Counted from the first letter of the whole stretch, positions 39,571 through 50,095 are shown. The stretch: 63,697 nt of DNA, filler included, from 3 parts of 3 records of this genome joined end to end with filler, not necessarily neighbours in it, one strand, 5' to 3'. Notes: a model not told the origin generated them from the sequence alone. Numbers and translations: made by a program.

Positions 39571-40266
39571 TTAGTGAATGTTTAGGGTAGACATTCCGCC
39601 ATCAATACCAAGAATTTGACCGGTTACCCAGCTGCTTTCTTCACTGAGTAAAAATGCGGCCACCTTAGCAATATCCTGCGGTGTTCCCACACGTTTCAGC
39701 GGATGACGTTCATCCATCTTTTCTTTTTTCTTTTCATTGCCCAGTAGGCGAGAAGCCAGTGGTGTATCGGTCAGGCTGGGTGCGATCACGTTGACCCTAT
39801 ATTGTGGTGCATATTCTGCCGCAAGTGCTTTGGCGAAACCTTCAATAGCTCCTTTTGCTGCTGCAACGCTAGTATGAAAAGGCATTCCCATTTTTACAGC
39901 TACCGTACTGAAAAACACCAAACTCGCCTGATCTGATTTTTTCAAACGATCCTCAACTGCTTTCAACGTTTTAATAAGTCCCATAAAGTTTAACTGAAGA
40001 TCTTCGTTAAAGGTTTCTTCAGAAAGCATTTTAAAAGGCTTCAGATTAATAGAACCGGGACAGTATACAAATCCGTCTAAAACATCCGGAAGCGTTTCGG
40101 TGTCTAAAGCGTCTTGAGTTACATCATACTTGATGCGGGTAACATTTTCGGGTAAATCTTCTTCAGTACGTGACGCAACATAAATCGTGTAGTCACTGTC
40201 TAAAGTTTCAATGATGCTCTTGCCGATTCCGTGAGAGCCTCCAATAAGTAGTATATTCTTTTTCAT
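39571..40266 (-). CDS. SDR family oxidoreductase
   Basis: IGGSHGIG, AAAKGAIEG and RVNVIAPS. Confidence 0.9.
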   Translation of the reverse strand: MKKNILLIGGSHGIGKSIIETLDSDYTIYVASRTEEDLPENVTRIKYDVTQDALDTETLPDVLDGFVYCPGSINLKPFKMLSEETFNEDLQLNFMGLIKTLKAVEDRLKKSDQASLVFFSTVAVKMGMPFHTSVAAAKGAIEGFAKALAAEYAPQYRVNVIAPSLTDTPLASRLLGNEKKKEKMDERHPLKRVGTPQDIAKVAAFLLSEESSWVTGQILGIDGGMSTLNIH

Positions 40267-40273
40267 AGCAATT

Positions 40274-40786
40274 TTAATTTAAAATATCTTCTCTTGAAAT
40301 GCCCTCTAAATTCCCTTGCGGTTTCGTGTAGGTACCAAATAGTTCTGTGAGTTTTTGTTCTCTGTATTCAAAAATCTCTTGCAGTTTAGGTTTCACTAAA
40401 AAAGGCTGCACCAATTGTCCTAAGATCCCTGCTGGAACCTTATAATCAACAATATCTTCCATTTCCACACCTCCCGGAATTTCTTTTAAAAAGTGTTTGT
40501 GATGCCATAATGAATAGGGGCCAAAACGCTGCTCATCTACAAAATACTCCAGATGTTTTACGTGCGTGATCTCGGTCACCCACTTCGTATTGATACCTGC
40601 AATAGGCGTCACATTATACTGAATAATCTGACCCGGAAACATTGGGCGATCTGCGCCCGATAAGATTTCAAAACCCATATAATCCGGTGTGATTACTTTT
40701 AGATTTTTAGGATCAGAAAGAAAACTCCACGCTTTTTCTAAGCTAATGGGCAGGTTTTGTTTGGTGTGTAAGGTGTAAATTTTCAT
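40274..40786 (-). CDS. SRPBCC family protein
   Basis: AWSFLSDPKNL, WVTEITHV and FVDEQRFGPY. Confidence 0.88.
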   Translation of the reverse strand: MKIYTLHTKQNLPISLEKAWSFLSDPKNLKVITPDYMGFEILSGADRPMFPGQIIQYNVTPIAGINTKWVTEITHVKHLEYFVDEQRFGPYSLWHHKHFLKEIPGGVEMEDIVDYKVPAGILGQLVQPFLVKPKLQEIFEYREQKLTELFGTYTKPQGNLEGISREDILN

Positions 40787-40873
40787 AGCATTTCAAACTT
40801 TTCAATAAAACGGATTAGGAGTAAACTAGCTTCTAAACCGTTTCTATTGATTTTTAAGTAAATATAAAGGCTA

Positions 40874-40909
40874 TTTTGTTTAACAAAAAGACTATAAAGT
40901 TAAACAAAA
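40874..40909. promoter_or_regulatory. Perfect 11-bp inverted repeat, candidate operator of the SRPBCC-SDR-photolyase operon
   Basis: TTTTGTTTAAC-N14-GTTAAACAAAA. Confidence 0.5.
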
Positions 40910-41202
40910 ATTAAAGTTGATTTTAAAAGGTTCTTCGGGAATACTTCAATTTAAAATCCCATCAAAGAATTTTTGAGGTTGAAGCTTGTCACGAACTGTA
41001 ACTATTTTTCAATTAAAAGCCTCAAGGAATTGAACTTTCGGAAGCAATTTAGATTCAAAAAATAAACTGATCTTAAATTTTAAAACCGACTTAAATCGTA
41101 ATTTGGTAGCTCAAGTTATAACGTTGTAATTCTATTTATTTTTTAAGTAAATTACAGGTTAATGAATTGAATTTAAACACACTACTAATTAATTGTTTTA
41201 AA

Positions 41203-42042
41203 ATGAAAAAAATAATCCTTTCTTGTTTTCTAGCTTTGAGCGCTTTGACTCAGGCGCAAATTCAAACCCCGGCTGCGAGTGCTCACGCCACATTAACCCA
41301 AACGGTGGGACTTACCGAGGTATCTGTAGACTACTCTAGACCTAACAGACGCGGCCGCGAGATCGTGGGTAACTTAGTTCCTTATGGAAAGATCTGGCGT
41401 ACCGGTGCTAATGCAACAACAAAGTTTACGGTAGATAAACCTGTGCGTATCGCAGATAAAGAGCTGGCTGCAGGTACTTATAGTGTTTATACCGTGCCCG
41501 GTGAAGATATGTGGGAAGTAGTTTTTTATACAGATCACAGCAACCCGTTGATCACCGAGTTTGAGGATAGCAAAATCGCATTGCGTACGATGGTAGAACC
41601 CATTGAAATGCCTATGAATATGGAAACGTTTACCATAGTGATCGATGATGTTATGGCAGATAGCGCTGTAATGAGCTTTTTATGGGACAACACTATTGTA
41701 CCGGTAAAATTCTCGGTGAATACTGATGCAGAAGTAATGGCCAATATTGAGCAAGCGCTTCAGGGACCATCGGCGGGAGATTATTATAATGCAGCAGTGT
41801 ATTACTTAAACAGTGGCAAAGATATTCAACAAGCAAAAACGTGGATGGATGAAGCGATGGCAAAAACCGAAACTCCACGATTCTGGCAATTACGTCAGCA
41901 GTCTTTGATCTTAGCGAAAGCCGGAGATAAAAAAGGAGCTATTGAAGCGGCAAAGGCATCTTTAGCAGGAGCTAAAGCAGCAGGCAATGCTGATTACGTA
42001 AAAATGAATACCGATTCACTTAAAGAATGGGGTGGGATGTAA
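41203..42042 (+). CDS. DUF2911 domain protein
   Basis: Signal peptide, VDYSRP and VPYGKIWRTGAN; start at the ATG at 41203. Confidence 0.88.
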   Translation: MKKIILSCFLALSALTQAQIQTPAASAHATLTQTVGLTEVSVDYSRPNRRGREIVGNLVPYGKIWRTGANATTKFTVDKPVRIADKELAAGTYSVYTVPGEDMWEVVFYTDHSNPLITEFEDSKIALRTMVEPIEMPMNMETFTIVIDDVMADSAVMSFLWDNTIVPVKFSVNTDAEVMANIEQALQGPSAGDYYNAAVYYLNSGKDIQQAKTWMDEAMAKTETPRFWQLRQQSLILAKAGDKKGAIEAAKASLAGAKAAGNADYVKMNTDSLKEWGGM

Positions 42043-42063
42043 GCCACATCTAATGCTAATTAT

Positions 42064-42090
42064 AAAAGCCGGGAAATCCCCGGCTTTTTT
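42064..42090 (+). terminator. Intrinsic terminator
   Basis: AAAAGCCGGG-AAATC-CCCGGCTTTTTT. Confidence 0.8.
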
Positions 42091-42184
42091 GTTGGTGTAA
42101 TTTTCAGATTCAAGAGCTCTTAAATTTAATTCCGAATTAAATTAGATTTCGCTCTACGGTTTTTTAGAGTTGCTTTGAGTCAGT

Positions 42185-43156
42185 TTATGCGTACTGAAGG
42201 TTGATCAGCTCACGGACTTCATCAAGCGTACTGATGAGTAATCTACTGAATGCGTAACTCATCAACGGACTCTCTTTTTTCTCCTGCCGAAGGAGCTCAG
42301 CAAAATGTTCGATTTCAAAATAGTAGCCTTTGCCGGTGTATGCAAAATCGTGTTCGATTTTAGTGCCCTCAAGAATTGTGGTTACCTTATCAGTTTGATG
42401 AAAACGGCTGTTTAAGATGAGCATTCCTTTTTCGCAAACAAGTGTTGCTGTGGTTGGGGTTTTCTTTAAAATACTAGAACTTAAAAAAGCTGAAATTCCG
42501 GAGTTGTATTTAAAGGTCATTTCGGTTTCTTCATCAACCCCTGTCTTTCCTATTTTGGCTTTTGCTTCGATATGATCCGGTTTTCCAAAGAGCGCTAGTG
42601 CACAAAAAATAGGATAGATGCCAATATCAAGCAGCGATCCGCCGCCAAGTGCTTTATTAAACAAGCGCCCTTCCGGGTTAAATTCGGCTTCAAAACAAAA
42701 ATCGGCTGCTAGAGTTTTAACCGCGCCATAGCGTCCGCTTTCCAATTCCTGCTGTACAAATTTAAAATGCGGCATAAAGCGCGTCCACAACGCTTCCATC
42801 AACAACGTATCATTGGCTTGAGCTGTTGTGATCATTTCTTCAACTTGTTGGCGATTCATGGCAAAAGGCTTTTCGCACAAAACCGCCTTTTTATGCTGTA
42901 AACAAAGCAAGGTATCCTGATGGTGCCGCACGTGCGGAGTAGCGATATACACCGCATCTACATTAGGGTCTTTTACCAGTTGCTCGTAGCTGTTGTAACA
43001 TTGTGTGGCATTGTATTCAGCGCCAAAATGATCTGCTTTTTCTTGAGAACGTGAGGCAACGGCATAAAGCACAGAGCCTTCAACCTGTTGCAAATCTGTG
43101 GCGAAGCTGTTGGCAATTTTTCCTAAGCCTAGGATTCCCCATCTAATGGTTTTCAT
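42185..43156 (-). CDS. Gfo/Idh/MocA family oxidoreductase
   Basis: WGILGLGKIA, VYIATPH, VLCEKP and GGGSLLDIGIY. Confidence 0.92.
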   Translation of the reverse strand: MKTIRWGILGLGKIANSFATDLQQVEGSVLYAVASRSQEKADHFGAEYNATQCYNSYEQLVKDPNVDAVYIATPHVRHHQDTLLCLQHKKAVLCEKPFAMNRQQVEEMITTAQANDTLLMEALWTRFMPHFKFVQQELESGRYGAVKTLAADFCFEAEFNPEGRLFNKALGGGSLLDIGIYPIFCALALFGKPDHIEAKAKIGKTGVDEETEMTFKYNSGISAFLSSSILKKTPTTATLVCEKGMLILNSRFHQTDKVTTILEGTKIEHDFAYTGKGYYFEIEHFAELLRQEKKESPLMSYAFSRLLISTLDEVRELINLQYA

Positions 43157-43172
43157 ATTATTGATTTATTCG

Positions 43173-44894
43173 TTAAGCGGCAGTCGTACCAGTTTTTGAG
43201 GTGCTTTGAACCAAAAGACTCCAAGCGATCACTGAAGCACAACCTACAACATTGAGCCATAAATAAGGCAGTCTGATGATTTCAAATTTATCAAGACCAA
43301 ACAATGCAAATACGATTAATTGGGTAACGATAGCGCCAATAAATACTGCACGGGATTTGATCTTTTTGATAAAGAATGCAGACATAAAAATCCCTAAAAT
43401 GGTTCCATAGAACAGAGAACCAATGATGTTGACCAGCTGAATGAGATTATCAAAAAGGTTTGCCGTACACGCGATTAAAATGGCGAGAATTCCCCAACTG
43501 AGGGTAAACCATTTTGCAGCATCTACAAAGTGGGCTTCATCCCGATCCTCTTTAAGATTACGCCGGTAAAAGTCAACCGTTGTGGTTGCCGCCAGTGCAT
43601 TAAGTTCTGAAGCCGTAGAAGACATTGCAGCAGATAGAATAACCGCAAGTAGCAATCCAATCAATCCACGTGGAAGGTTGTTGAGGATAAAATGAATGAA
43701 TACATAATCTTTGTCGTTAGTCTCCACATTTTTATCGGCAAGGCCAATGAGCATACGTCCCTGATCTCGCAATTTATTTTCTTCATTGTTGATATTAGCC
43801 AGTGCTGCTTTAGCGCTTACAGTGCTACCTGATTGCACGGTAACTTCTGCCTGAGGGTCAGTCGCTAACAGATGACTCAATTCTGATTTATCAGAACGTA
43901 ACTCGTTAAGCTTAACCTGTAAACCATTGTATTCTTTTTCAAATGGAGTCCCGTGAACAGCTTTGGTTGCTGCGGGGTTAAAATTAAGCGGTGTTGGATT
44001 AAATTGATAAAACACAAAAACCATCACTCCAACCAGAAGAATAAAAAACTGCATAGGCACTTTTAAGAGTCCGTTGAAGATCATACCCAGCTGCATTTCG
44101 CGTAGCGATTTTCCGCTGAGATAGCGCTGCACTTGGCTTTGGTCGGTTCCAAAATAGGAAAGCATTAAAAAAGTTCCGCCTAGAATTCCGCTCCAAAAAG
44201 TATATCTATTTTCAAAATCAAAAGAAAAATCCAGCACGTTAAGCTTTCCGCTTGCGCCGGCAATTTCTAACGCGTTGTTAAAGTTGATGTCTTCAGGTAG
44301 GTAACTTATGATTAGAAAAAATGCAACGAACATTCCTGAGAAAATAATTCCCATTTGTTGTTTTTGGGTAACCGTTACGGCTTTTGTTCCGCCGGAAATC
44401 GTGTAAATAACCACGAGTAACCCAATGATGATGTTCAGCGTATTCAAATCCCATCCTAAAACCGCCGAAAGAATAATTGATGGAGCAAAGATCGTGATCC
44501 CTGCTGCCAAGCCGCGTGATAGCAAAAACAATGCAGAAGCTAGCGAACGTACTCTGAGATCAAACCTGCTTTCAAGATATTCATAAGCCGTATAAACATT
44601 CAGCTTATAATAGATGGGAATAAAAAATATACAGATAATAATAATGGCGATGGGTAGCCCAAAATAGAATTGAACAAATCCCAGACCATCATTGTAGGCT
44701 TGCCCGGGAGTAGATAAAAAGGTGATCGCACTGGCTTGAGTTGCCATTACTGAAAGCCCTACAGACCACCATTTTGATTCGTTACCACCGCGTATATAAT
44801 CCTGAACATTGCGACGACCGCGGGTTCTGTAAACCCCATACAACACAATAAATGCGAGTGTAACTACCAGTACAATCCAGTCAATTGTTTGCAT
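43173..44894 (-). CDS. Sodium:solute symporter
   Basis: Multiple TM segments, ATQASAITF, YFGTDQSQVQRYL and AAMSS. Confidence 0.92.
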   Translation of the reverse strand: MQTIDWIVLVVTLAFIVLYGVYRTRGRRNVQDYIRGGNESKWWSVGLSVMATQASAITFLSTPGQAYNDGLGFVQFYFGLPIAIIIICIFFIPIYYKLNVYTAYEYLESRFDLRVRSLASALFLLSRGLAAGITIFAPSIILSAVLGWDLNTLNIIIGLLVVIYTISGGTKAVTVTQKQQMGIIFSGMFVAFFLIISYLPEDINFNNALEIAGASGKLNVLDFSFDFENRYTFWSGILGGTFLMLSYFGTDQSQVQRYLSGKSLREMQLGMIFNGLLKVPMQFFILLVGVMVFVFYQFNPTPLNFNPAATKAVHGTPFEKEYNGLQVKLNELRSDKSELSHLLATDPQAEVTVQSGSTVSAKAALANINNEENKLRDQGRMLIGLADKNVETNDKDYVFIHFILNNLPRGLIGLLLAVILSAAMSSTASELNALAATTTVDFYRRNLKEDRDEAHFVDAAKWFTLSWGILAILIACTANLFDNLIQLVNIIGSLFYGTILGIFMSAFFIKKIKSRAVFIGAIVTQLIVFALFGLDKFEIIRLPYLWLNVVGCASVIAWSLLVQSTSKTGTTAA

Positions 44895-44895
44895 A

Positions 44896-45003
44896 TCAAG
44901 CGGTGTAGTAATTCATTAATAAAAAGAACAGCACGATATAAACGGCATTCATCACCAAAACCAAGGTGTAATATTTTGACCAGCCTTCTTTTTTAGGTTG
45001 CAT
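44896..45003 (-). CDS. Small single-TM protein (35 aa)
   Basis: MQPKKEGWSKYYTLVLVMNAVYIVLFFLLMNYYTA fills the gap between the PIG-L and SSS genes (alternative ATG at 45006); below the ORF-track cutoff. Confidence 0.7.
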   Translation of the reverse strand: MQPKKEGWSKYYTLVLVMNAVYIVLFFLLMNYYTA

Positions 45004-47501
45004 CATTGTTTTATTTTCTCGTTGTTTTTACCCACTGAAAGCATATTAGCAAACAATCTATATGCTCCGGAAACGCCAGCGGGAAGTTCTCTAAAAAAAC
45101 TCAAACCCGTATAAATATAGTGACCTTTCCCGTATTTTGAGATGAGCAAGCTTCCCTCGCTGGGATCTTCGTTTTTATCGTGTATAGAAAGTACAGGCTT
45201 ATACGCCTCGTCATAGGTGTCAGGGAAATATAAACCGCGTTCTTGTACCCAACCTTCAAAGTCTTTCTCTGTGATCTTGTTGGGGTAATTTAAAATTTCG
45301 GCGTCAGGATCTAAAATAGTAACATCGGCAAATTCGTCGGTTACGCGATCGCTGCTTAAATGCAGTGGGTACGGACCTAAATTTTCAAAGCTAAAACCAC
45401 GTGCGGTGTTATATTGAACGACCATAGTTCCGCCGTTTTCAACATAGTTGAGTAAAATGCGCTGTTTGTATTGTAGTTCTTCAACAACATTATAGGCACG
45501 AACGCCCATCACCACCGCATCAAAATTCTTTAAATTTTCTGTAGTTATTTCTACCGGAGCTATTTCGGCAACTTGATACCCTATCTGACGCAAACTCTCT
45601 GGGATCACGTCACCTGCGCCGGCAATATAGCCGATGTAGCTGCCTTTTTTTGCAATATCCAGACGCACTAATTTGTTCTGTGATGGTAAAACCAAGGTTT
45701 GTAGCGGGATGTGATCGTAATCAATTTTTACAACCTTATCAGTAATTCGTTCACCATTAATGGTCAACTCAGGTTGTAATTCGCCTTCACTGGCATTCTT
45801 AGGCGGAGTGACAGTAAAGGATAGACTTTTAGTTTCTCCTTTTTGACTGATTTGTATTTTTTGTGGATCGCTTACCTTCCAATCTGCAGGAACATTTAAG
45901 GCAACGCTTGCTTCCAAATTATCAATAAAAGCAGTTACATCTGTTTGAATGGTTTTTGGCTGCGCATCCGCGAAAATAATAACCGGGTCTTTAACAGCTA
46001 CCGAAGCTTTTGGCACAATTTCAAAAGGTTCATAAACTTCGCCATCCACACGATCATTGTATTTGTAGACTAGTTTAGTCGTGATTGGGATGCTAACACC
46101 GTTCATAGTCAATTGAAAAACCGCTTTGAATTTCCGTGGTGTTTCGGGTAAACCTATAAGTTTTTGATCGTCAACATTGTACATTCCTACTGAGCCTTCT
46201 TCCGTTAGCCAATAGGCAGTGGTGAGCGTAGCATCTACGGTATTGATAATCAAATCTGTTTTGAAGGTTTCATTTTGATCGAGATCAACAGCCGTCTTAA
46301 ACTCCTTTTCTTCAGGAAGCAAGGTGATCTGCTCTAAGCGGATAGGAAAAGTGCTTCGGTTAATTGCTTCAACACTTACCACGATATTTTGTTGCGCAAT
46401 GGCAGTCTGGGTGTGTGTAGCGGCTTCGAGGTACAAACCGGCACAAGCTTTTATAACTTCGGTAATTTGTTTGGTTTTTAAAGTGCGCCAATATGAATTT
46501 TCTAGTTTTGTGATCAAATCATAGGCTTTGATCAACTGCGGAAGGCTCGCTGACGGATTCTGAAAATCATAATTCTTTTGAACATTCATCAAGATAGCAC
46601 CGATAGCTGCTCCGCCCTGAACACGATTCCAGCTGGTATCAATTCCTTCAAAAAGATTTCCATTTGCCGGAAGATCTCCTTTAAGAAGTTCGAGGTACTC
46701 CACCTGTTCCCCGCGAGTTCCGGTATTACCAAAACCTTGCGATTTGTGCTGACTGCGACTCAATGCAGAAATCTCTGTATTGCTGAGTCCGTATGCAGGA
46801 TAATAGCTTCCTACATCAACTGAAACCAGATTGCTTTTGTCTGCTGCTTCAAACTTTTCACGGCTTCCATAAAACCACCAAGAGGTGTTGAAAAAAAGAC
46901 GTTTAGGCTGCCAGGTGTTAGTTAATTCCAGTTGCTCAGGAAATACATTGGGGTCGCCCACCTTATCAAAGGCAGCAACGCTAAGCATCGCAGAAAGCGT
47001 ATGATGCCCGTGTGTGCTTCCGGGAGAACGATGGTCAAAACGGTTGATAATAATATCCGGCTGAAAATTGCGAATGGCCCAAACCACATCTTTTAAAACT
47101 TCATCCTGCTCCCAGAAGGTTAATGTCTCTTCTGGATTTTTAGAATAGCCAAAATCATTTGCGCGGGTAAAACGTTGTTCGCCGCCGTCAGTACGGCGTG
47201 CGGCAAGCAGTTCTTGTGTGCGAATTACTCCAAGAAGTTCTCTGATTTCCGGACCAATTAAGTTCTGACCTCCATCGCCACGTGTAAGCGAAAGGTAACC
47301 CGTTCTTGCGTGAACCTCATTTGCGAGATACGAGATCATTGCGGTATTTTCATCATCGGGATGTGCCGCCAGATAAAGTGCGGTACCTAAAAAATTGAGA
47401 CTTTTTATTTGCTCAAAAATTTCAGAAGAAGTGGGCTTTTTTGGCTTTTGAGCTTGTAATTGCAGCGAAATGCAGCATAGAAAAACGAATAAAAAGCGCA
47501 T
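45003..47501 (-). CDS. Secreted PIG-L/LmbE family deacetylase (multidomain)
   Basis: Signal peptide, AAHPDDE, LTRGDGGQN and HGHH; C-terminal WVQERGLYF; TATCTTTG element at 47543-47536. Confidence 0.9.
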   Translation of the reverse strand: MRFLFVFLCCISLQLQAQKPKKPTSSEIFEQIKSLNFLGTALYLAAHPDDENTAMISYLANEVHARTGYLSLTRGDGGQNLIGPEIRELLGVIRTQELLAARRTDGGEQRFTRANDFGYSKNPEETLTFWEQDEVLKDVVWAIRNFQPDIIINRFDHRSPGSTHGHHTLSAMLSVAAFDKVGDPNVFPEQLELTNTWQPKRLFFNTSWWFYGSREKFEAADKSNLVSVDVGSYYPAYGLSNTEISALSRSQHKSQGFGNTGTRGEQVEYLELLKGDLPANGNLFEGIDTSWNRVQGGAAIGAILMNVQKNYDFQNPSASLPQLIKAYDLITKLENSYWRTLKTKQITEVIKACAGLYLEAATHTQTAIAQQNIVVSVEAINRSTFPIRLEQITLLPEEKEFKTAVDLDQNETFKTDLIINTVDATLTTAYWLTEEGSVGMYNVDDQKLIGLPETPRKFKAVFQLTMNGVSIPITTKLVYKYNDRVDGEVYEPFEIVPKASVAVKDPVIIFADAQPKTIQTDVTAFIDNLEASVALNVPADWKVSDPQKIQISQKGETKSLSFTVTPPKNASEGELQPELTINGERITDKVVKIDYDHIPLQTLVLPSQNKLVRLDIAKKGSYIGYIAGAGDVIPESLRQIGYQVAEIAPVEITTENLKNFDAVVMGVRAYNVVEELQYKQRILLNYVENGGTMVVQYNTARGFSFENLGPYPLHLSSDRVTDEFADVTILDPDAEILNYPNKITEKDFEGWVQERGLYFPDTYDEAYKPVLSIHDKNEDPSEGSLLISKYGKGHYIYTGLSFFRELPAGVSGAYRLFANMLSVGKNNEKIKQ

Positions 47502-47650
47502 ATTTTAGGATGTTTTGTAGTTGAAGGATCACGTTCAAAGATAGCTAAAACGCTACCTCTATACTTTGGTTTTCGGTTTGTTTAACAAAATACAAAACTT
47601 CAGTGGTATCGTAGAAATCCTTAGGTTTTTTGCTGAAGTTGTATCAAAAA

Positions 47651-48241
47651 TTACGCCGCAAGAAGCTCCTGAAGCAAATCGTATAATTTTTGTGTAGGTA
47701 AGCCCATAACGGTGTTATACGAACCTTCTAATTTCTGGAGGGCGATGTGGCCTATCCATTCTTGAATACCGTATGCCCCGGCTTTGTCAAAAGGTTTATA
47801 TGTTTCAATATAATGCGCTATTTCAGCAGCGGTAAAGGCTCTGAAATACACCTTAGCAGAATCGTGTGCGACTAATTGCTGTTGCGCGGTAGTCACACAA
47901 ACAGAAGAGATTACCTCGTGATGCGTGCCGCTCAACAACTGAAGCATTTCTTTAGCTTCGATAGCATCTTTTGGCTTTCCTAAAGCTTTATTGTTTTTAA
48001 AAACCAAAGTGTCTCCGGTGATCAAAATCTCATCTGCGGTAAGTTGCGCACTAAAAGCTTCAGCCTTTTTTTTGGCGATATATTCAGCGATCTGTGCAGG
48101 CTGCATTCCGTCAGGGTAGCTTTCGTCAATAGGTTTTAACCTGATTTCAAAAGGAACTTCTAAAGATTTGAGCAGTTCTTGACGACGCGGCGATTGCGAG
48201 GCTAAGATGAGTTTTTTGTCGCGAAGTAGGGGCTGTAACAT
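47651..48241 (-). CDS. maf: Maf-family nucleotide pyrophosphatase
   Basis: ILASQSPRR, LGKP, DKAGAYGIQ and VMGLP. Confidence 0.92.
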   Translation of the reverse strand: MLQPLLRDKKLILASQSPRRQELLKSLEVPFEIRLKPIDESYPDGMQPAQIAEYIAKKKAEAFSAQLTADEILITGDTLVFKNNKALGKPKDAIEAKEMLQLLSGTHHEVISSVCVTTAQQQLVAHDSAKVYFRAFTAAEIAHYIETYKPFDKAGAYGIQEWIGHIALQKLEGSYNTVMGLPTQKLYDLLQELLAA

Positions 48242-48242
48242 A

Positions 48243-49178
48243 TTAATATTTTAAAGTAAGTGTAAGCACACCCAAAGATAGAATTCCCAGAAGCATAATC
48301 AACTTTAATAATTTTGAGAGAAAGCTGTAGTGTTTATGTTTTTCGGCATAGCGTGCTTTAATACAGAAGAACACTAAGGGTATGACGATCGCGATAACAA
48401 GATACAAGGAGATCCAAACGTTGGCTTGCAAGTACACATATATATAACCCAGAATTGTAAAAATGTAGATCACAGCAATATATGCCGAAAGCTTAGCAGT
48501 GCGTTCTAAACCTAAAACAATGGGTAACGACTGAATACCTGCTGCATAGTCGCCATTAGCGTCTTCGATATCTTTAATAATTTCCCGAAGAAAGTTGAGC
48601 ATCAACGCAAATACTGCATAATCTTTAAGCACCGAAAGCGGATTAACAAGTTGTTGTTCGTTGCCCTGAAGTACGGGGATGGCATCAAAGACCATCACGA
48701 TACCAATCGCCGAAGCCACAATTGCGCTTACAATAAGATTGCCAATAAGCAGCACGCGCTTTAGAAAATTGGCATATACATAGAGTAGGGCAGAGATCAG
48801 TACAAAAAGGGTGGCGAAATTACCAAAGCCCATTTGGTAACTTAAAAGAAATCCTAAACCTATGCCGCTGATATTTAAAACCAAATAATAATTGAAAGCA
48901 CTATTTTGAGAAAAAGGTGCAGGGATAAAGGTTTTATTAGGCTTGTTAATACGGTCTATCGCCACATCTTGAATGTCATTAATGATATATCCGGCAGCAG
49001 CGATGAATAGGGTCGCAAGACTAAGTATAAAAAAATTGAGATCAGAAAGTGCAGTAGGAAGATTAAGTGCTTTTAAAAAGCCATAATGCACCAAAATCTG
49101 TGTGAGTGCTATTAAAAGCAAGTTTTTATAACGTATAAATTTGAAGAAGGTCAACGGTATGTTTTTGAAAAGCTTCAA
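48243..49178 (-). CDS. UbiA-family prenyltransferase (DGGGP synthase-like)
   Basis: GYIINDIQDVAIDRINKP and REIIKDIEDANGD aspartate-rich motifs; multiple TM segments. Confidence 0.85.
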   Translation of the reverse strand: MKLFKNIPLTFFKFIRYKNLLLIALTQILVHYGFLKALNLPTALSDLNFFILSLATLFIAAAGYIINDIQDVAIDRINKPNKTFIPAPFSQNSAFNYYLVLNISGIGLGFLLSYQMGFGNFATLFVLISALLYVYANFLKRVLLIGNLIVSAIVASAIGIVMVFDAIPVLQGNEQQLVNPLSVLKDYAVFALMLNFLREIIKDIEDANGDYAAGIQSLPIVLGLERTAKLSAYIAVIYIFTILGYIYVYLQANVWISLYLVIAIVIPLVFFCIKARYAEKHKHYSFLSKLLKLIMLLGILSLGVLTLTLKY

Positions 49179-49296
49179 ATATAATAAAATCCCTTATGGA
49201 CGATGCCAAAAGGGATTTTACATATTGTTGCATTTCAGCTAATCTTAGATAATTTGTCTAATAGGCGTAGACCGGCGTTATTAGCAAAACAGATTG

Positions 49297-50031
49297 CTAC
49301 TTTTTACTAACGCTTCCTCCCGAACTCTCGTTAACCGCAACTTGTTGAGGTTCGCCCCAATAGTCAATATCTCCACCGCTGGAGGCATTTGTCGTGATTT
49401 CTTTTGAAACATAGGTGCGTATACTTCCTGCGCTAGAAGCTTCGGCATTGCAAAATTCAGCTTTAAGATCTTTTGCATTAATCGTAGCAGCAGAGCTTGC
49501 ATCAAAATCTAGACGTTGTGCCTGACCATTTAGGCTAAGCGTTCCGGCGCTGCTGGCATCTGCTTCAACATCTCTGATATCTAAGCCTAATTTAACCGTA
49601 GCTGCGCTAGATACATCAAGATTGATCTTATCGCCGGTAAGCACCTCTGCTGCGGTTATATTAGAGGCGCTACTTGCTTTAATGGCTTCTAAAGGTTGTA
49701 CATAAGTTACGTGAATGAGTCTTGAGCTTGCATTACCAATATTTGAGTTGTCTGTAGATTCAATACGTAAGGTGCTTCCTTCATAATGCACGTCAAGATA
49801 TTCTAAAAGATTGTCGTCTACTTCTGCAACTACCTTATAGCTACTGCCTTTTTCAAGTACCACATCCCAGCCGTTGCTGCTGTGCACACGTGTAAAATCT
49901 TGAGTAAGATTTAGGTCTTGGGTAACTACGTTACCGTTACCTTCAATTTGTCCCATTTGCAAATTAAAATCGCAAGAAGTGAGCATTAGGGCGGCAAAAC
50001 CGCTGATGAAAAGTTTAATTAATGTAGTCAT
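49297..50031 (-). CDS. DUF2807 (head GIN domain) lipoprotein
   Basis: LTSC lipobox, GNGNV and repeated ASSA/ASSG beta-helix units. Confidence 0.85.
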   Translation of the reverse strand: MTTLIKLFISGFAALMLTSCDFNLQMGQIEGNGNVVTQDLNLTQDFTRVHSSNGWDVVLEKGSSYKVVAEVDDNLLEYLDVHYEGSTLRIESTDNSNIGNASSRLIHVTYVQPLEAIKASSASNITAAEVLTGDKINLDVSSAATVKLGLDIRDVEADASSAGTLSLNGQAQRLDFDASSAATINAKDLKAEFCNAEASSAGSIRTYVSKEITTNASSGGDIDYWGEPQQVAVNESSGGSVSKK

Positions 50032-50095
50032 AACTGTTGATTTTTGATTGATATTTTAATGGTTCCGTCAAGGATACGATACTCTTTGAGTTTAC

